NCBI GenBank assembly: GCA_013265495.1
Contig: MU058009.1
Span: forward strand, 3,863,780-3,927,779
Direction: 5' to 3'
DNA length: 64,000 bases
Source of the DNA: Vicugna vicugna
Taxonomy: Eukaryota
In this document: one piece after another, positions 35,358 through 47,920 of the stretch
Layout of the letters: each line of letters starts with the position of its first letter
Position numbering within the stretch: position 1 is the stretch's first letter
Made by a program: the position numbers and the translations under genes
The notes under the pieces: model-generated
What the model was told of the DNA's origin: nothing
What the model saw: the letters and a program-made list of their open reading frames with translations, nothing else
Databases searched by the model: none

Positions 35358-37618
35358 TCAAGGCTGCGAAGGATAAAGGGCTTTACTGGGGTCTTAAGAA
35401 TCCCAATTCATGGATGTGAGGGCGACCTGGCTGCGACATCTGTCACCCCGTGATCGCCAGGGTTGATTCGGCTGACCTGGCTGGCTGGGCGGATGTCCCC
35501 TTCCTCCCTCACGGCTCCCCGTGTGTCCCTCCCGGAGCGGCGTGCGCGGTCGGAGAGGACGGCCACCCCCATGGAGGAGGACCGTTCTTCTTGGCTAAGG
35601 GTGTGCGAGTAGCTGCTCTCCCTGCTGGACCCTCCAGACAAGCTCTCAGGAATCCCCGTTCATGAGGCACAGATCTGGGTAAAACAGAGTGTTCTGGGGA
35701 AGGGAAGGAGTCAGGCTTATGAAGGCACGAGCCGCAGGGCTGCTGAAGTTGCCCGGCGAGGATGGTGGACACAAGTCAGTCCTCAGGGCGCATGGGTTGT
35801 TTCAGGGCGGGGACAAGATGAGCGTCCTGATGCTCCAGGTGCCAGTGCTAGGACGGCAAGTGCTCGAAAGCTCAGCTTCCACCCAGGCGGGCTGCCGCCC
35901 TTCCCCCACGGCTCCAGGCTCCTCTAGAGGGCTTCCTTAGCAATACTGTGCCCATTCTGAGTTAGTTTCTTCCACCCGTGCCAGGTCTGCTTTTCCCAAA
36001 GCCCCCTGGCCGTCCACAGCACCCAGCTCCTCCAGGAGCTCCCTAGGGGGACGTCCTTTGCTTAGGTCCCCATGTGGCTCAACGTAACGGTGGGGAAGGA
36101 AGCCCCTGGATGAAGGACATCCGCCCCACTTACCTGATGCAGGGCCCGACTTCCAACTTCCTCCGGGGGTGGGGGGTAAATTATCTGAATGACAGGATTT
36201 AACGTGGTCCAAAGGAGGCCAAGGGTGTGAATTCTGAGTGTTCTTCATCGTAGCTCAGAGACACAGGCAGATGGGCGGCATGGTCCCTCTGTCAGCTGGG
36301 GCCCAGCCAGAGCTGCATGTTGAACAATTACGACCTGAATCTGTGGGGCCGACACTGGGCAGCGCGCTCACAGTTCTCCAGGCCCAGCAGGTGCGGAGGC
36401 CTCCTGGCCCTTCCTTGGCATGGGCCCCCTCTGAGGCCATCCTCCTCAATCACTACGCCTGCCTGTCAAGCTTGAACCAAGTAACGAGACAGGATTCAAT
36501 TAGTTCTCCCCAATAGACTGCTCCCCTGTCTATGCCCAGCCTCCCGGGTGACCCCATTATGATAATGGCCCAGCCTGGCTGCTCTCAGAACAGGTCTGAT
36601 GGAGAAGAGAGAACCTCCCTGAAGCGTGCATGACAGAGAGGCTGGCAGACTATGGCTCCGTCTCCGCTGGCTCTGGACAGGAGCCTTCTGCTGCCCCATT
36701 GTCACCGCTGAGCGATGCCATGTGCTCGTTCACACCACATGCTGCTGGCATCCTGGGAAGAGCCCATCGGGCCCTTCACGCCAACAATGTGCTCGATCTG
36801 CTGACACGGAAGGAGACAGGTGGTCTCAGGCGGCAAGCTGTGTTGCCATCACTCTGGCATTCCAGCCTGGACTCGGTCTTCAGAGCAGGTGCCCGTTTTT
36901 ATATCTTCAGGTGTAGGATGGTGTCCTTCCCTCTGGACCTCAATAAACACACATTCATGTAAAATCAGGGCAGGCTGACTGCAAAACTTTTGGATTCAAA
37001 AACATTAGCAAGTCAGTCAGTCATCTGAATATTTGATTTGACATCAAGCATCTTAGTCTTTCCAAATACTTGAGTGTGCTAATATTGTGATAACACAGTC
37101 AAAGAAGCATCGTGGTATGGTGATCGAGTGTTTCAATAATCTCAAATAATTTTTAACACGGCGTCGTCTCCAACCTCTGGCGAGAATTCCGCCCTACGTG
37201 CACGCACCCGTCACTTCAGTCTGTGCCGGTCTCTGAAAAGCGGCTGTGTAATGTTCAGCCAAGACTGACGCTAAATTTGGAGATGCTTTAAAACACAGAG
37301 ATTAAATGTATGTCACATGTGATAAGCTATTCAGCTAAGGGGATTATATGATCCAAGTAATTTATAGCTGTAGGCAAATTACTTTGTGTTCTGGGGGTGA
37401 TAAAATCCACACACGTGTCTGAATCTGGAATGGGGATGGGTCACAAACCCCCGGCTCCCCGTCCCGGGCCCACGCTGCTTTGCTTTGGATCCATAGGCAA
37501 ATCTCTTACTTTTTTTTTTTTTTTTTTGTTTTCACCTCATGGTTTCCTTTTCTCCTCCACTCTGCAAGCTGCTTTATATAGCGCATGTCCCTGTAGTTCT
37601 GGGATAATTTATTACTTA

Positions 37619-37786
37619 ATTATGTAACCGTTACATAATTCTTCAGCCTCGGCCGTCCCTGTTTCTATTGTTAATGTAACTATGACGGAGGCATGTACGG
37701 TTTATTTATTGTTTCCATCGCAGAGCAATAATTATGTAACTCTTGCAATTCTGCAACTATTATTTCTATTTGTTTAATTACATAAC
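37619..37786. promoter_or_regulatory. Cluster of four D-box (RTTAYGTAAY) motifs
   Basis: ATTATGTAAC 37619-37628, GTTACATAAT 37630-37639, ATTATGTAAC 37731-37740, ATTACATAAC 37777-37786. Confidence 0.5.
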
Positions 37787-38269
37787 TATAAGGATATTAA
37801 ACCTCTAAAACATTTGGTGATAGATTTATGCGGAAGATGCTAGGAGACAGCAATAGTAATGATCTATCCGAGTAATAAGAAAACCAAGTAATAGTATTAA
37901 TATTAATATTAACGGCAATAACAGTGATAACATTACCATTTGCTTTTTCCTTCGTGCTGCATTTGGTCTCTTTAATGGGTACGTTCCCAGATCTCCGTGG
38001 TTAATTAGCTCTGTAACATTTGGTTCTCAGCAGTGGGTACAACCTCATTTCCAGACTTTACCTGGCAAGGCTGTGCTTTGTACAATACCAGATGGAATGG
38101 GTCTGTTCTGTTCTTTTCTCTAAGGCTTGGAGTGGGCAGATTTCTTTCTTCCCTGTGTCACCTGGGGACCTTCCATAGGTAGGATACCCTGTGCTGAGAC
38201 ATACCGATGCTGTGGAATCCTGAGACCCTGAGATGTGCCTGGGATGCAGGCGTGTGCTGAGGATCAGCT

Positions 38270-38478
38270 GCTATGGTGGAAAGGGCTTGGGGTCTGGAAA
38301 GAGCCAGATCTGGATTGAACTCTGGCTCTGCCACCAGCTAGGTGACCTTGAGCGAGTTACCTGGCTCCTCTGGACCACAGAGTCCTTGTATCCAGGACGG
38401 GGGTAATGATGTCTGTGTGGCTGTGAGGCTGTTGTGAGAATGAGATGAAATAACGGGTGTGAATTATGAAGCCTGCCG
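38270..38478 (+). mobile_element. MIR SINE
   Basis: 'ccagatctggattgaactctggctctgccacc...gtgaccttgagcgagttacct...ggctgttgtgagaatgagatgaaataacgggtgtgaa'. Confidence 0.85.
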
Positions 38479-38624
38479 TTGATGCCTATGGGGAGCTGCT
38501 GTTTTGGAACAACTCATGGAAGAGAACCCGAGGGAGAATGTGGCCCGAACTTGCTCCTTCCTTGTTCTAATCTTCTCAGCTCATGACCGGGAGCCTCCTC
38601 CCTCCCAGATCCTGAAAAGTCATC

Positions 38625-38860
38625 AAAATAGTTAAAGAGCCAGTAGGTAGCCGGCAGCCAGCACGTGCCGGGTTCCTTACGCATACTGTCTGGCGCATCA
38701 CCACAGCCGCCCCGGAAGGTAAGGACGGCTGTTACCGCCTAGTTGAGGAGACAGACGCAGAGAGGTTAAGGAATGTTCCAGGGTCCTCCCAGCTCCTTGG
38801 CGGTGGGGCCTGGATGGAGCCCAGCCAGCCTGTCTCCACAGCAAGTGTTCTCAGGCTAAC
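38625..38860 (-). mobile_element. MIR SINE
   Basis: 'gaggagacagacgcagagaggttaaggaatgttccagggtcctcccagct...ggatggagcccagccagcctgtctcc'. Confidence 0.75.
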
Positions 38861-38914
38861 CCCGCCCATCCCAGCAGCGATGTCCAGAGCAGCCAAATGC
38901 GCGCCTCCCGCTCC

Positions 38915-39590
38915 GAGGAGCCAACCTTCCCTCCCCCTCTCGCCCACTCCAGTCCGTTCTCCGCAGAAAAACCCACGCCATCACCTGAAAATGTAAATCA
39001 GACACCAGTATTGCTCCTTTTAGTCCCTCCAATGGCTCTCCATTACTCTTAAAATAAAACGTTCAATAAAAAAAAGTCTTAAAAAATAAATAAAACAGAA
39101 TAAAATACAGCGTAATCCCCGGCCGGGGCCTAAATCCCAGCATCTCCATGATTTGACCCCTACTTACCTCTCCAGACGCACCTCCTCCCACCGCCCATCA
39201 CATGCCAGCCCCAGACCTTTCCCGACCGCGTCGGCCCAGCCCCACCCTGTCTCTCAGGCTGTCGCACTCAGGCTCCTGTGTCCAGTGCATCCTGCCTTCT
39301 CATCCAGCTCAGCTCAGCTTATCCATCATCTCTTCCAAGAAAGTGCCCCCCAAACCTTAGCAAACCCGTGTCCTGCTGCTCGTTCAAAAACGTCTTCTCT
39401 GTGCCACGTGTAAGGTACCAGCCCTGCAGTTGTCTTATTTTTCTGATCATTTGTGTTCTGCAGTGAGTCCCCCACAAGGATATGACCCCCCTGGGTCCAG
39501 GCGTCGCTTCTGCCAGGTTCACAGTCTGACCCTGGCACCGAGCTCAGGGCTTGGACCTCAGTGACAATTTGCTTATGGCAAGAATGACCA
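38915..39590 (+). mobile_element. L2 LINE 3' region
   Basis: 'aaaatgtaaatcagacacc...cctccaatggctctccattactctt...ccatgatttgacccctacttacctctccag'. Confidence 0.75.
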
Positions 39591-40529
39591 CCTGCCCTTG
39601 TGCGATTATGGATGCCCTTGGACTTTAAATGTTCATGTGGGACGGGAAAAGAGGAGGCTTTTTTTTCTCATGAGGAGTATCGATGGGCATACGGGATGTG
39701 ACACAGCACCCAGCCCCGGAGGCTGAGAGCTGGATGAGGGTGTCAGGGCCCAGAGCTGGGAGCAGAGCAGGGCAGCAGTGTGGTCAGGCAGAGGGCAGGG
39801 GGCAGGGGCAGAGGGCAGGGGGCGGAGGGCAGCAGGGAGGAGGCAACCGAATCAGAGGCACTTGAGAGAGTGAGAGGGAGAGAGCCTCCTTGCTCCGTAA
39901 ATGGGAGGAAGTCAGGGTTGTGGTTCTAAACTGGCATTTCAGCAGGAGCTCGGGGACTCAGAACAGCTGTGTTTCCCGCGGTCCTGGCCGAGCCCCCTTC
40001 CACCAAGAAAATCTCCCATTTGTACAATTGCCGCCAAAGGACTCAGACCGACCTCCTTTATTCCACCTGCCTTCTTATTTAGTTCACTGAAGCACCTTCC
40101 TTCCTTGGGTTATAGATCTATGTGTGATCTTAAAAATGTGACATTATTTATAGCGATGCGTTCTTTCTCTACTTTCCACTATTTTCCTTTTCAATCAGAC
40201 ACTTTTTATTCTTACGCATCACACTTCCGTCACTGCCGCGTGAGTAACAGGGAGCATAAATATTCCGATCCAGCCTTCTTTGTCCCCTTTCTATTCCCAT
40301 TTTTCTTCTCTCTTCACCTTCATGAAGATGTCTCTCTCCCTGTCTCCCAAAGTCTTTGTTACCGTAACTCTACCTTCTTTAATAATCACGTTTGTTTATT
40401 TTATTTCTAAATTATCCACTGATGGGGCCGAGAAGGAATCAATTCATTTGTGTCATCTCTCTGTGTGTGTTTTCTTCTACATCTTCAACAATGGGCAGGG
40501 ATGAATATCACACAAGGACTAATAATTCA

Positions 40530-40690
40530 GTCCCCTGAGTCTATTGGCTGGGCTCCTAGCCTCAGGTCAGAGGCAAATTACTTAACGTTTTTGGACCTCG
40601 GTTCCCTCATCACCATAGTGTATTCAACAATCTTACCTCACTCACGATGATTGTACAACTTAGACAGGACGATGCATATAAAGTGCTTAG
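40530..40690 (+). mobile_element. MIR SINE
   Basis: 'ggcaaattacttaacgtttttggacctcggttccctcatc...gatgcatataaagtgcttag'. Confidence 0.75.
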
Positions 40691-40857
40691 TGATTTCTCG
40701 GTCCATCTTTAATAATAGCATTATTTGTAATAATGAAAGCATTTATGGTCCTAACAGCGTCCCTAGGGAGTAAGTCATGCTCCCAATCTGTGGGGCCCAG
40801 ACTGCAGGGCGGTGTGGACAGGATAAGTGACATGACCTAGATATTTTAAACTGTTAT

Positions 40858-41366
40858 TATTTTTAATGAAGTATAGGTAATTGATAACACTGTGTTAGCT
40901 TCCGGTGTACAGCAAGGTGACTCAGTTATACATATATATGTATATATATATAAAATTATTTTCCATTGTAGGTTATTACAAGATACTGAATACAGGAAGT
41001 CCTTGTTCCTTATCTATTTTGTGTGTGGTGGTTTGTATCTGTTAGCTCCGTATTCCTAGTTTATCCCTCCCTCACCTCCTTTTCCCCTTTGGTAAGCATA
41101 AATTTGTTTCCTATGTCTGTGAGTTTTTGTTTTGTAGATAGAGTCATTTATTTTTTTTAGATTCCACATCTTTCTCTGTGTGATACTTACTTCACTTAGT
41201 GTCATCATCTCTAGGTCCATCCATGTTGCTGCAAACGGCAACGCTTTACTCTTTTTCACGGCTGAGTAGTATTCCACCGCGTATGTGTACCACATCTTCT
41301 TAAGCCAGTCACCTGTTGAAGAGCTCTCGGACTGTTTCCATGTCTTGACTCTTCTAGAAAAGTGCT
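40858..41366 (-). mobile_element. Artiodactyl-type L1 3' end
   Basis: 'ggtgtacagcaaggtgactcagttatacatata...tccatccatgttgctgcaaacggc'; ORF 41056..41295 (MWYTYAVEYYSAVKK...FAATWMDLEMMTLSEVS) is the L1 ORF2 C-terminus. Confidence 0.92.
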
Positions 41367-43879
41367 CAGTTGCTGTTATGTTTAATCACAAACCCATTTA
41401 AATGCTACTGATTTCATTAAATAGAAGTAACCCTGAAGAGGACAGGTGGAGGGTCCTGATAGAGGCTTGATGTCCGAACAGGCAGTGAAGCCTGGGCAGG
41501 ATGTGCCGAGTCCGAAGACCAGGCACGCGCCCACACTCCTGACGGCTCTGTCAGTATCTTCTACTGAGACCGTTCCTTTGGTTAGGGGAAGGGCCCTCGC
41601 ACCGTCTCCGAGCTTCACGCCTCTGTGAAAATGCCAGCAGACTCCGGCACGGGAACAAGAGGAGAAAGGAAACGGGCCGGGAGGAAGGAGAAGGAAAGTA
41701 ATGCACAAAGAAGAAAACTAAGTGCTCGTCGGTAGATTCTGGTCTCTGCAAAGCACGTGCTGTTTCCTTTTTTTTTTTCCTGGCAGATCAAAGCATATGC
41801 AGTTCATTCATTGTAGATGTTTAGATCACACTGTTATACGCACGCTCCACACAGACCCACCTTTGGAGCAAATTTTATTGATTCTTTCTGACAAATGAGG
41901 TAACAGAGATTCAGAGCTTCGGTGAGAAGGGCTCGAGGTGACAGCCAGTGCCTTGAATCAGGGCCTGGGCTGCTCTCTTCCCCCTGGTCCAGGAGGGGCA
42001 GTGGGAGAGGGAGGCATTCATCATATCGCCGCCCTTTGAATTCTGAACCAATTGAGAAATACACCAAGAAATCAGGTGACAATGCCAGCTTTGATCCTGG
42101 TGAGAAACGGCACGCAGTCCCAGGCAGACCCTCAATGCCATGCAGGCCCCCAGCTGGTCAGCACGGCTCACGGAGTGGTGTGGGGACACTCTGTGTCCAG
42201 GGACACCCGTCCAGACAGAGCACACGTGCTCAGGACCTTTCCCAGACAGACCAGTCAGATAGGGCGCTCCCCTCGTCGGGGGACGGGCGGGTGAGGGCAA
42301 GTTGTGGAGATACAGGTGTGTGGCTCCAACTCAGGTTTCCTCGTGGAAATAAGAGGCTGAGGCAAGGCCCAAATAGTCCGCATCGGCATTTTGTCTTTTC
42401 ATTTGTTTTTAATTAAATCCCTTTGCCTACATTACCAGGCAGCAGGATTCACATCCCCAGCCGCCTGGTTGCGGGGAGACCCGGGGGCCGGTGCTGGGCA
42501 GGCTCAGACCTGTGGTTCCCTGCTCCCTTGGCACAGAGGGTGGGAACCCCAGGGCGTTCATGTCAAAGGGAAGCTGCAGGGATGTGGCTCTAGACCCAGC
42601 CTCGCTTTGGAGGGCTGATGTGGTCCACACAGCGGGAACTCTCCCTCCCTCCCTCCCATCAGCAGCAAAAGCACCCAAGTTCCAAAGGATAGAACCCGAG
42701 TCTCCGCTCCGCAGCCAATCCGCGTGGCTTTCTCTGCACGAGCTCTTGGGCGAGTCTGACTGGAACTAGCGGTTTACCTTTCGGGCTCCAGTGTTGTGAT
42801 TACTTCTGAGCTCTGGCCTCGTAAGTCATGAGGTTTTTCTAATAAGAAGTAAGTCTGCTAGATTAAATCGGTAGCTGGTGGGTGGAAATGATAGCTTCTA
42901 CCTGCAGAAATCCCCCAGTTCTGAGTTGCATGGCCCCGAACTGGAGTTTCCTGAAGTCTCCTGCCCACTGCTTCTGCTCCAGTGCCCTGCCTTCGGTCCC
43001 TGGCCCTTCACAGCTTTGCTCTGCAACTTCCCGGGCAGTATGATGACCCCGCCGTCTGCTGCCTCATCGCCTTAGAGCCCGGCTGAGGTCAGAGAGCCCC
43101 ATCACCGAGGGAGCGCGTCTCCTTCTGTCTGTCCCCACGACCACAGCCCACGGCTTGCCGTTCTCTGTGCTGCTGGCCTGTGCGCTGCACACTGGTCTCT
43201 GCAGATGCCCAGACGCAGGGCAGCTCTCCCTTTCACACTGGTTGCAGCCCTGGCAATGTGAACGGTGACGTCCTCTAAGCACGTGCCCAGCAAAACAGAG
43301 ACCCCACATCTCTGAATGAGCTGTGGGCATCACCATCACCAGCTGTAACACTTACAGAAATCTGGCCATAAAAGCATGGAGTTTCTTGGTACAAGGCATC
43401 ATGGAAATGCTCAAAGCGCTGCCTGCATCTGACTGTGAGGCTTTTATGACGTGTGTTACTCTTGGTCACGATGGCAGTAACACGCAGTTTGGACTCTGTG
43501 TGATTCTGCAAGCCAGCTGCTGGGATGAAGGTCTCAGGGTTTGAGCTCTGAGCAGTGTCCCTTACACAGATGACAAGGTGGGAACAAAGGTGCCGCAGCT
43601 CCAGCCCCCTGGCCCCAGAACCTGACAAGGCCGAGACCGCAGTCTGTCCTGGTGACGAGTGGAACGGGGCGTGCCCTGGGCCGCAACGGTCTTCACCACC
43701 CAGTTAACCCTACTGGTACTTTACATGAAGTTACTAAGCATTCTTTGGACGCCAGTCTACACTGTTTCTTAATTTCCTTATAATTCAGTTACAGAGATCT
43801 GTGTTTTCAAGAAGGGGACTCCTTGTTCTGCTGCCTGTGTGGTGGGCCGCTGGGCTCCTCCGGGGTCAGCGGGGCCTTC

Positions 43880-44170
43880 CTACAAAGGCGGCTTTCCCAG
43901 AGGCAGCCGTCGCCCGCACGGACCGCGCGCGCTCTGAGGTCCCCCTCCCGCTGCAGACCTGGGCCCGCGCCTTCCTCCCAGCCCCGCCTCGCCCCGAGGA
44001 AGTGCGGCACAGCCCCGGGGCTAGCAGAGAACGCAGGCCCCGGCCCCTGCCCTCTGCGATGGCCATGCCGTTTCTCTTCCATGTTAAAAAAAATCGGAGA
44101 AAAATGTTGACCCTCCTGGGGGGGGTGCTATAAAATAGCGCAGAGCCTGGAGTGGACGCGCGGGCTGGGC
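43880..44170 (+). promoter_or_regulatory. CpG-rich segment with GC box and TATA-like motif
   Basis: Dense CpG, GC box 'gccccgcctc' at 43981-43990, TATAAAA at 44129-44135. Confidence 0.3.
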
Positions 44171-44540
44171 TGGGCACGTTGCAGGAAGACGTCTGCCGTC
44201 TTCCCCAGGACATTCTCCTTTTCCCACTCGCTACCTTCTCATGCCGTCTCCAGAGCTGTGTCTCTTTATTTCCCCCAAAGCCAATGCCAGGTTTTGCCAT
44301 TGATTTTTGTTGCTGTTGTATGTTGTTTTTCTATTGGCAGCTACCTTAAAAGAAGTTACCAGATGTCTATATATTTTGGGCATCATGCTAGTTGCCAAGG
44401 ATGCTGATTTGAAAAAGGCATGGTCTCAGCTCAAGGGGAGATGATGCTCTGAAGAGACTGTGTCACACACACACACACGTCCTAGTCACTGAGTGAGGGT
44501 GTACATGACCAGGACAGCGCGTGTTGGCTGTTACCAGGCA

Positions 44541-45141
44541 TGTGGGCAGAGCGTCAGGGTGACCCCAAGCCCCTCCTCCCTCTCGCACACACACCCTGTG
44601 GAATCCTCTTCCCCTGGGTGCGGATGGGGTCAGTGAACGTGATGCGCTATCACTCCTGTGATTAAGTTATTACTCAGCTGACTCTGAGTTCATCAAAAAG
44701 GAGATTATCGCGGGTCGGCTGACCTAACCAGGTCAGCCCTATTAAACAGGGCAGGCTGTCAGACAGACAGTCTCCCGCAGGCCTGTAAGAATGCAGCCTG
44801 TGGAAGGGACCCCGCGTCTAGAGCCCAGGGACGGCCCCCAGGGCCTGAGGGAGATCCCTGGCCAACAGTCAGCGAGGAAACAGGACTCAGGCTTTCCTTC
44901 CTAGGAAATGGTCCCCCCAGGAATCCGACGGAGGCTGAAATGGACCTCCCCCCACGGAGGCCTCTAGAAGACAGCACAGCTGGGGTGCGCCCCCCATTTC
45001 AGCCTCGTCAAGGCCTGAGCAGACCACGCAGCTAAGGCATGAGGGCCCCTGACCCGCGGGGACTATGAGTTTGTGCATGTGTGCAGATTTAAGTTGTTCA
45101 GTTTGTGATCGTTGGTTCTGCAGCGAGAGAAGATTCGCACA
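44541..45141 (+). mobile_element. MLT1E-like solo LTR
   Basis: 'tatcactcctgtgattaagtta...ctgactctgagttcatcaaaaaggagattatc...ctgacctaaccaggtcagccc...tttaagttgttcagtttgtgatc'. Confidence 0.85.
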
Positions 45142-46567
45142 TGGCCCTTACACCCAATGCCAGGGGATCAGAGGGGAAGGGAGAGTTCATTCTCTCTGGG
45201 AACGAATAGGAATGTTCTAGAGAGGACGGGGTACTGGAGATGAGACAGTGGAGAAGCAGAGATCTGCAGACAGACAAGGGGAGAGCCGTACGTGGCGGGG
45301 ACGTCCTGCGGGGACGTCTGCAGAGCAGCCGGTGTGGGGACATGAGAAGGGGGAGGGAGCCCGGACTCGCTTTTGGTCCCTCACGATACAGCCAGCCCGC
45401 AGTCAGAGCCCCGACTTGCCATGGGCAGAGAGGTGCGGTTGCCGCCATCTGAGTTTCCTGTGTCACCGACGTCCCGTGTGTCACCGACCAGTGTTTCCTG
45501 CGTCCGTCTTCTTAGTATTAGTCTCATGTGGATAGTTTTAAATCAGAAATGCATGACTAACGCCCACAGTAAGTAGTGGGACGGGCGGCTTTACCTCGTC
45601 TCACGGCCGCGCCTCTCCTTTCTGATGCCCCCGTCCTCTCGACGACCCCAGCCTCACCACCTTAGCCTCCCAAAGCAGCACATCATCTTGTCAAAGATGG
45701 CGTCTTTATCCAAGGGCGCTGAGTAGCCTGGCGGTGAGCCTTCTCCAGCGTGCTCTGTGCTCCCCCCGGTGACTCAGCGGCGCGTGCCCGCCCCCTGCAC
45801 TGCGTGTCCGGGTCCCCGGGCATCATTCCGTCAGCCGCGGCCGCAGGACGCGCCGAACGACCCCCACAGGTGCTCTAAAGCCTGGATCCAATAGTGTTGA
45901 GGACCTCTGATTCCTGACATCTCCTGTCCTGCCGTTTTTAAACAAAAGACTCAATATCCTTTGTGTCATTGACTTTGCCTCCTTCCGTTTTTCCAAAATT
46001 GCTCTGAAACCTTCCACCGAGCGTGGAGCCCATAATTGCCAGTGAGTTCCCCATGAGTGTCAGTGGGAAACCCATCTGGTCCAAGAGCGTTCCTTTATCT
46101 CAGCAGCTTTTATTAAGCTCCCTACCCCTGGGCGTGCATGGGTTTTGCCCCTTACAACCTCAATTTCTTCTTCCCAAGCAACGTCCCAGGGAGGCCGCTC
46201 ACTGCTTCTTCATTTCTGCCCTCTTCCCGTCCTGTCTTCCCCTTGGGGATGTCCACTCCGATCACTCACGCTCGCCTTTGACTTCTCACTCAATTGCACA
46301 CACTTTCTTAAGGAGCTGGAGGAGTCATTTTCAAAAGCCGCCCGACTGTCTTTTTTTGGCAGGATGATACACAGCCCCCCACCTCTGCTTTCTGGAGAGT
46401 CTTCTCTGCTCCACAAAGCATCCTTCCAGCCCGGCCGGTGCAACGTCTACTTGCCACAGATGTATCTCTGGCACTGGAATCAATGAGGGGGTCATATTTT
46501 TGCTCCAAATACAATTTTCCATCTCTGGTTTAGGTCATTGTGTGGATGCCAAGAATTGTAGCAAGAG

Positions 46568-46569
<2 letters not shown>

Positions 46570-46601
<32 letters not shown>
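46570..46601. repeat. (GT)16 microsatellite
   Basis: Read directly from the sequence. Confidence 0.97.
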
Positions 46602-46603
<2 letters not shown>

Positions 46604-47699
46604 CTATCACTCGCCATTAAGGGATATTCCTCAGAGCTGCTCTCCCTGTGGTTTCCGGGAATGCATTAAACTTAAGGTGACGATAACTTTGCCTCAGTGT
46701 TCAGTACAAGTTGTGTCACTAATGATCTGAGTGCCCCTGTGGGCTCCTTCATTCCTCACATGCCTGGGGCTTTTCAGACAGACCCAGGTTTCCAAAGTGC
46801 TGAGAGGAATCCTGTGATGTCTCAGGAGAAACGAATGCATGTGTTGTCGTCCCCTTCTCTTGCTCTCCCTTCCCCACATACGTTCGTGGGGTCCAGGAAC
46901 ACACGTCTCTCATGGAGTTTTATTTCTGTGGGACCTGGAGACACCCACCGCGAAGGCAGGCACTTGTGCTGTTTCCAGACACACCCACCGCTGCTCTGTT
47001 CAGGGCCCCTGGGTTGGAGCTCAGCACAGGGGTCCTCTCTGCTGGGGTCGGGCGGGTAGACCTCTAGCAAATCCGTAACTTACAAAACACAGCCAGCTGC
47101 ATCTTAGAAAAAAATATGTGGGAACACCCACACGGGGCCAGTTCCCTGAAAACCCTAGACGCGGAGTGTTACCACGCGGCTGCGGTGGGCATCGTCATTC
47201 ATCAGTCCCCTTGGCTGTCGTTTACCGACAGGTCACTTTTTGCTGTGAGCACTTGCTTAAGAAAATAGGGTCACAGGATTCACCTCTGGAGGTGGGCTTC
47301 TTTGCCAGGCACAGATGAGATGAATTTTTTGGCAATTTTCAGACAGTAGGAGTCAACAGAACTAAAAATGTTGTCACTTTGGCTTCCCTTACTTGACAAA
47401 TCCCCTAAGGGAAGCTTCCAACCCCAGACTTCATTCCTCCGTCCACTGACAGCACCTGAAGGTCTGCGTTCAGAGAGCGTGTCTTCCAGATGCAGCTGTG
47501 ACCATCTCCTCCATCCAGGAGGGATGGCCGTCAAGGGACTCCCGGTGCGTGGCACGTGTCGCTGTCTAGCGTGGGCACACCAGGAAAAGAGCTGCCTGTT
47601 CCTCGCCTGTTTCCTCTAGGAGCTTTTCATTTAGAATATTCAGGAACACAAGAAACGCGGTCAGCACGATGCCTGGGGCCGAAGGAAGGCTTCCACACC

Positions 47700-47920
47700 A
47701 AGTGAAGTGCAGGCGGGGCCGGAGCAGGCTGCCGCGGGGCTCAGCCTGCCGATGACGACTTGGGGCGGCGTGTGAGTTAGGGTGGCCCGCGCCGCTCCCC
47801 GCTCCCAGCCGGCTCCGCGCGCCAGAGCTCGCGCTGGAAGCTCCGTCCTGAAACGGTGCTGGGGCCCGCTTCACTCCCCTGCCTGCACGCCCGTCCCCGT
47901 CAGGCAAGGGCGGTACCTTG
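47700..47920. promoter_or_regulatory. Small CpG-island-like segment with GC boxes
   Basis: 'ggcggggccgg', 'ggggcggcg', 'cccgcgccgctccccgctccc...ccgcgcgcc'. Confidence 0.35.

Noticed and set aside
40851..41379. TSD for the L1 at 40858-41366
   Set aside because: Only a 7-bp match (ctgttat), offset from the end of L1 homology; not convincing.
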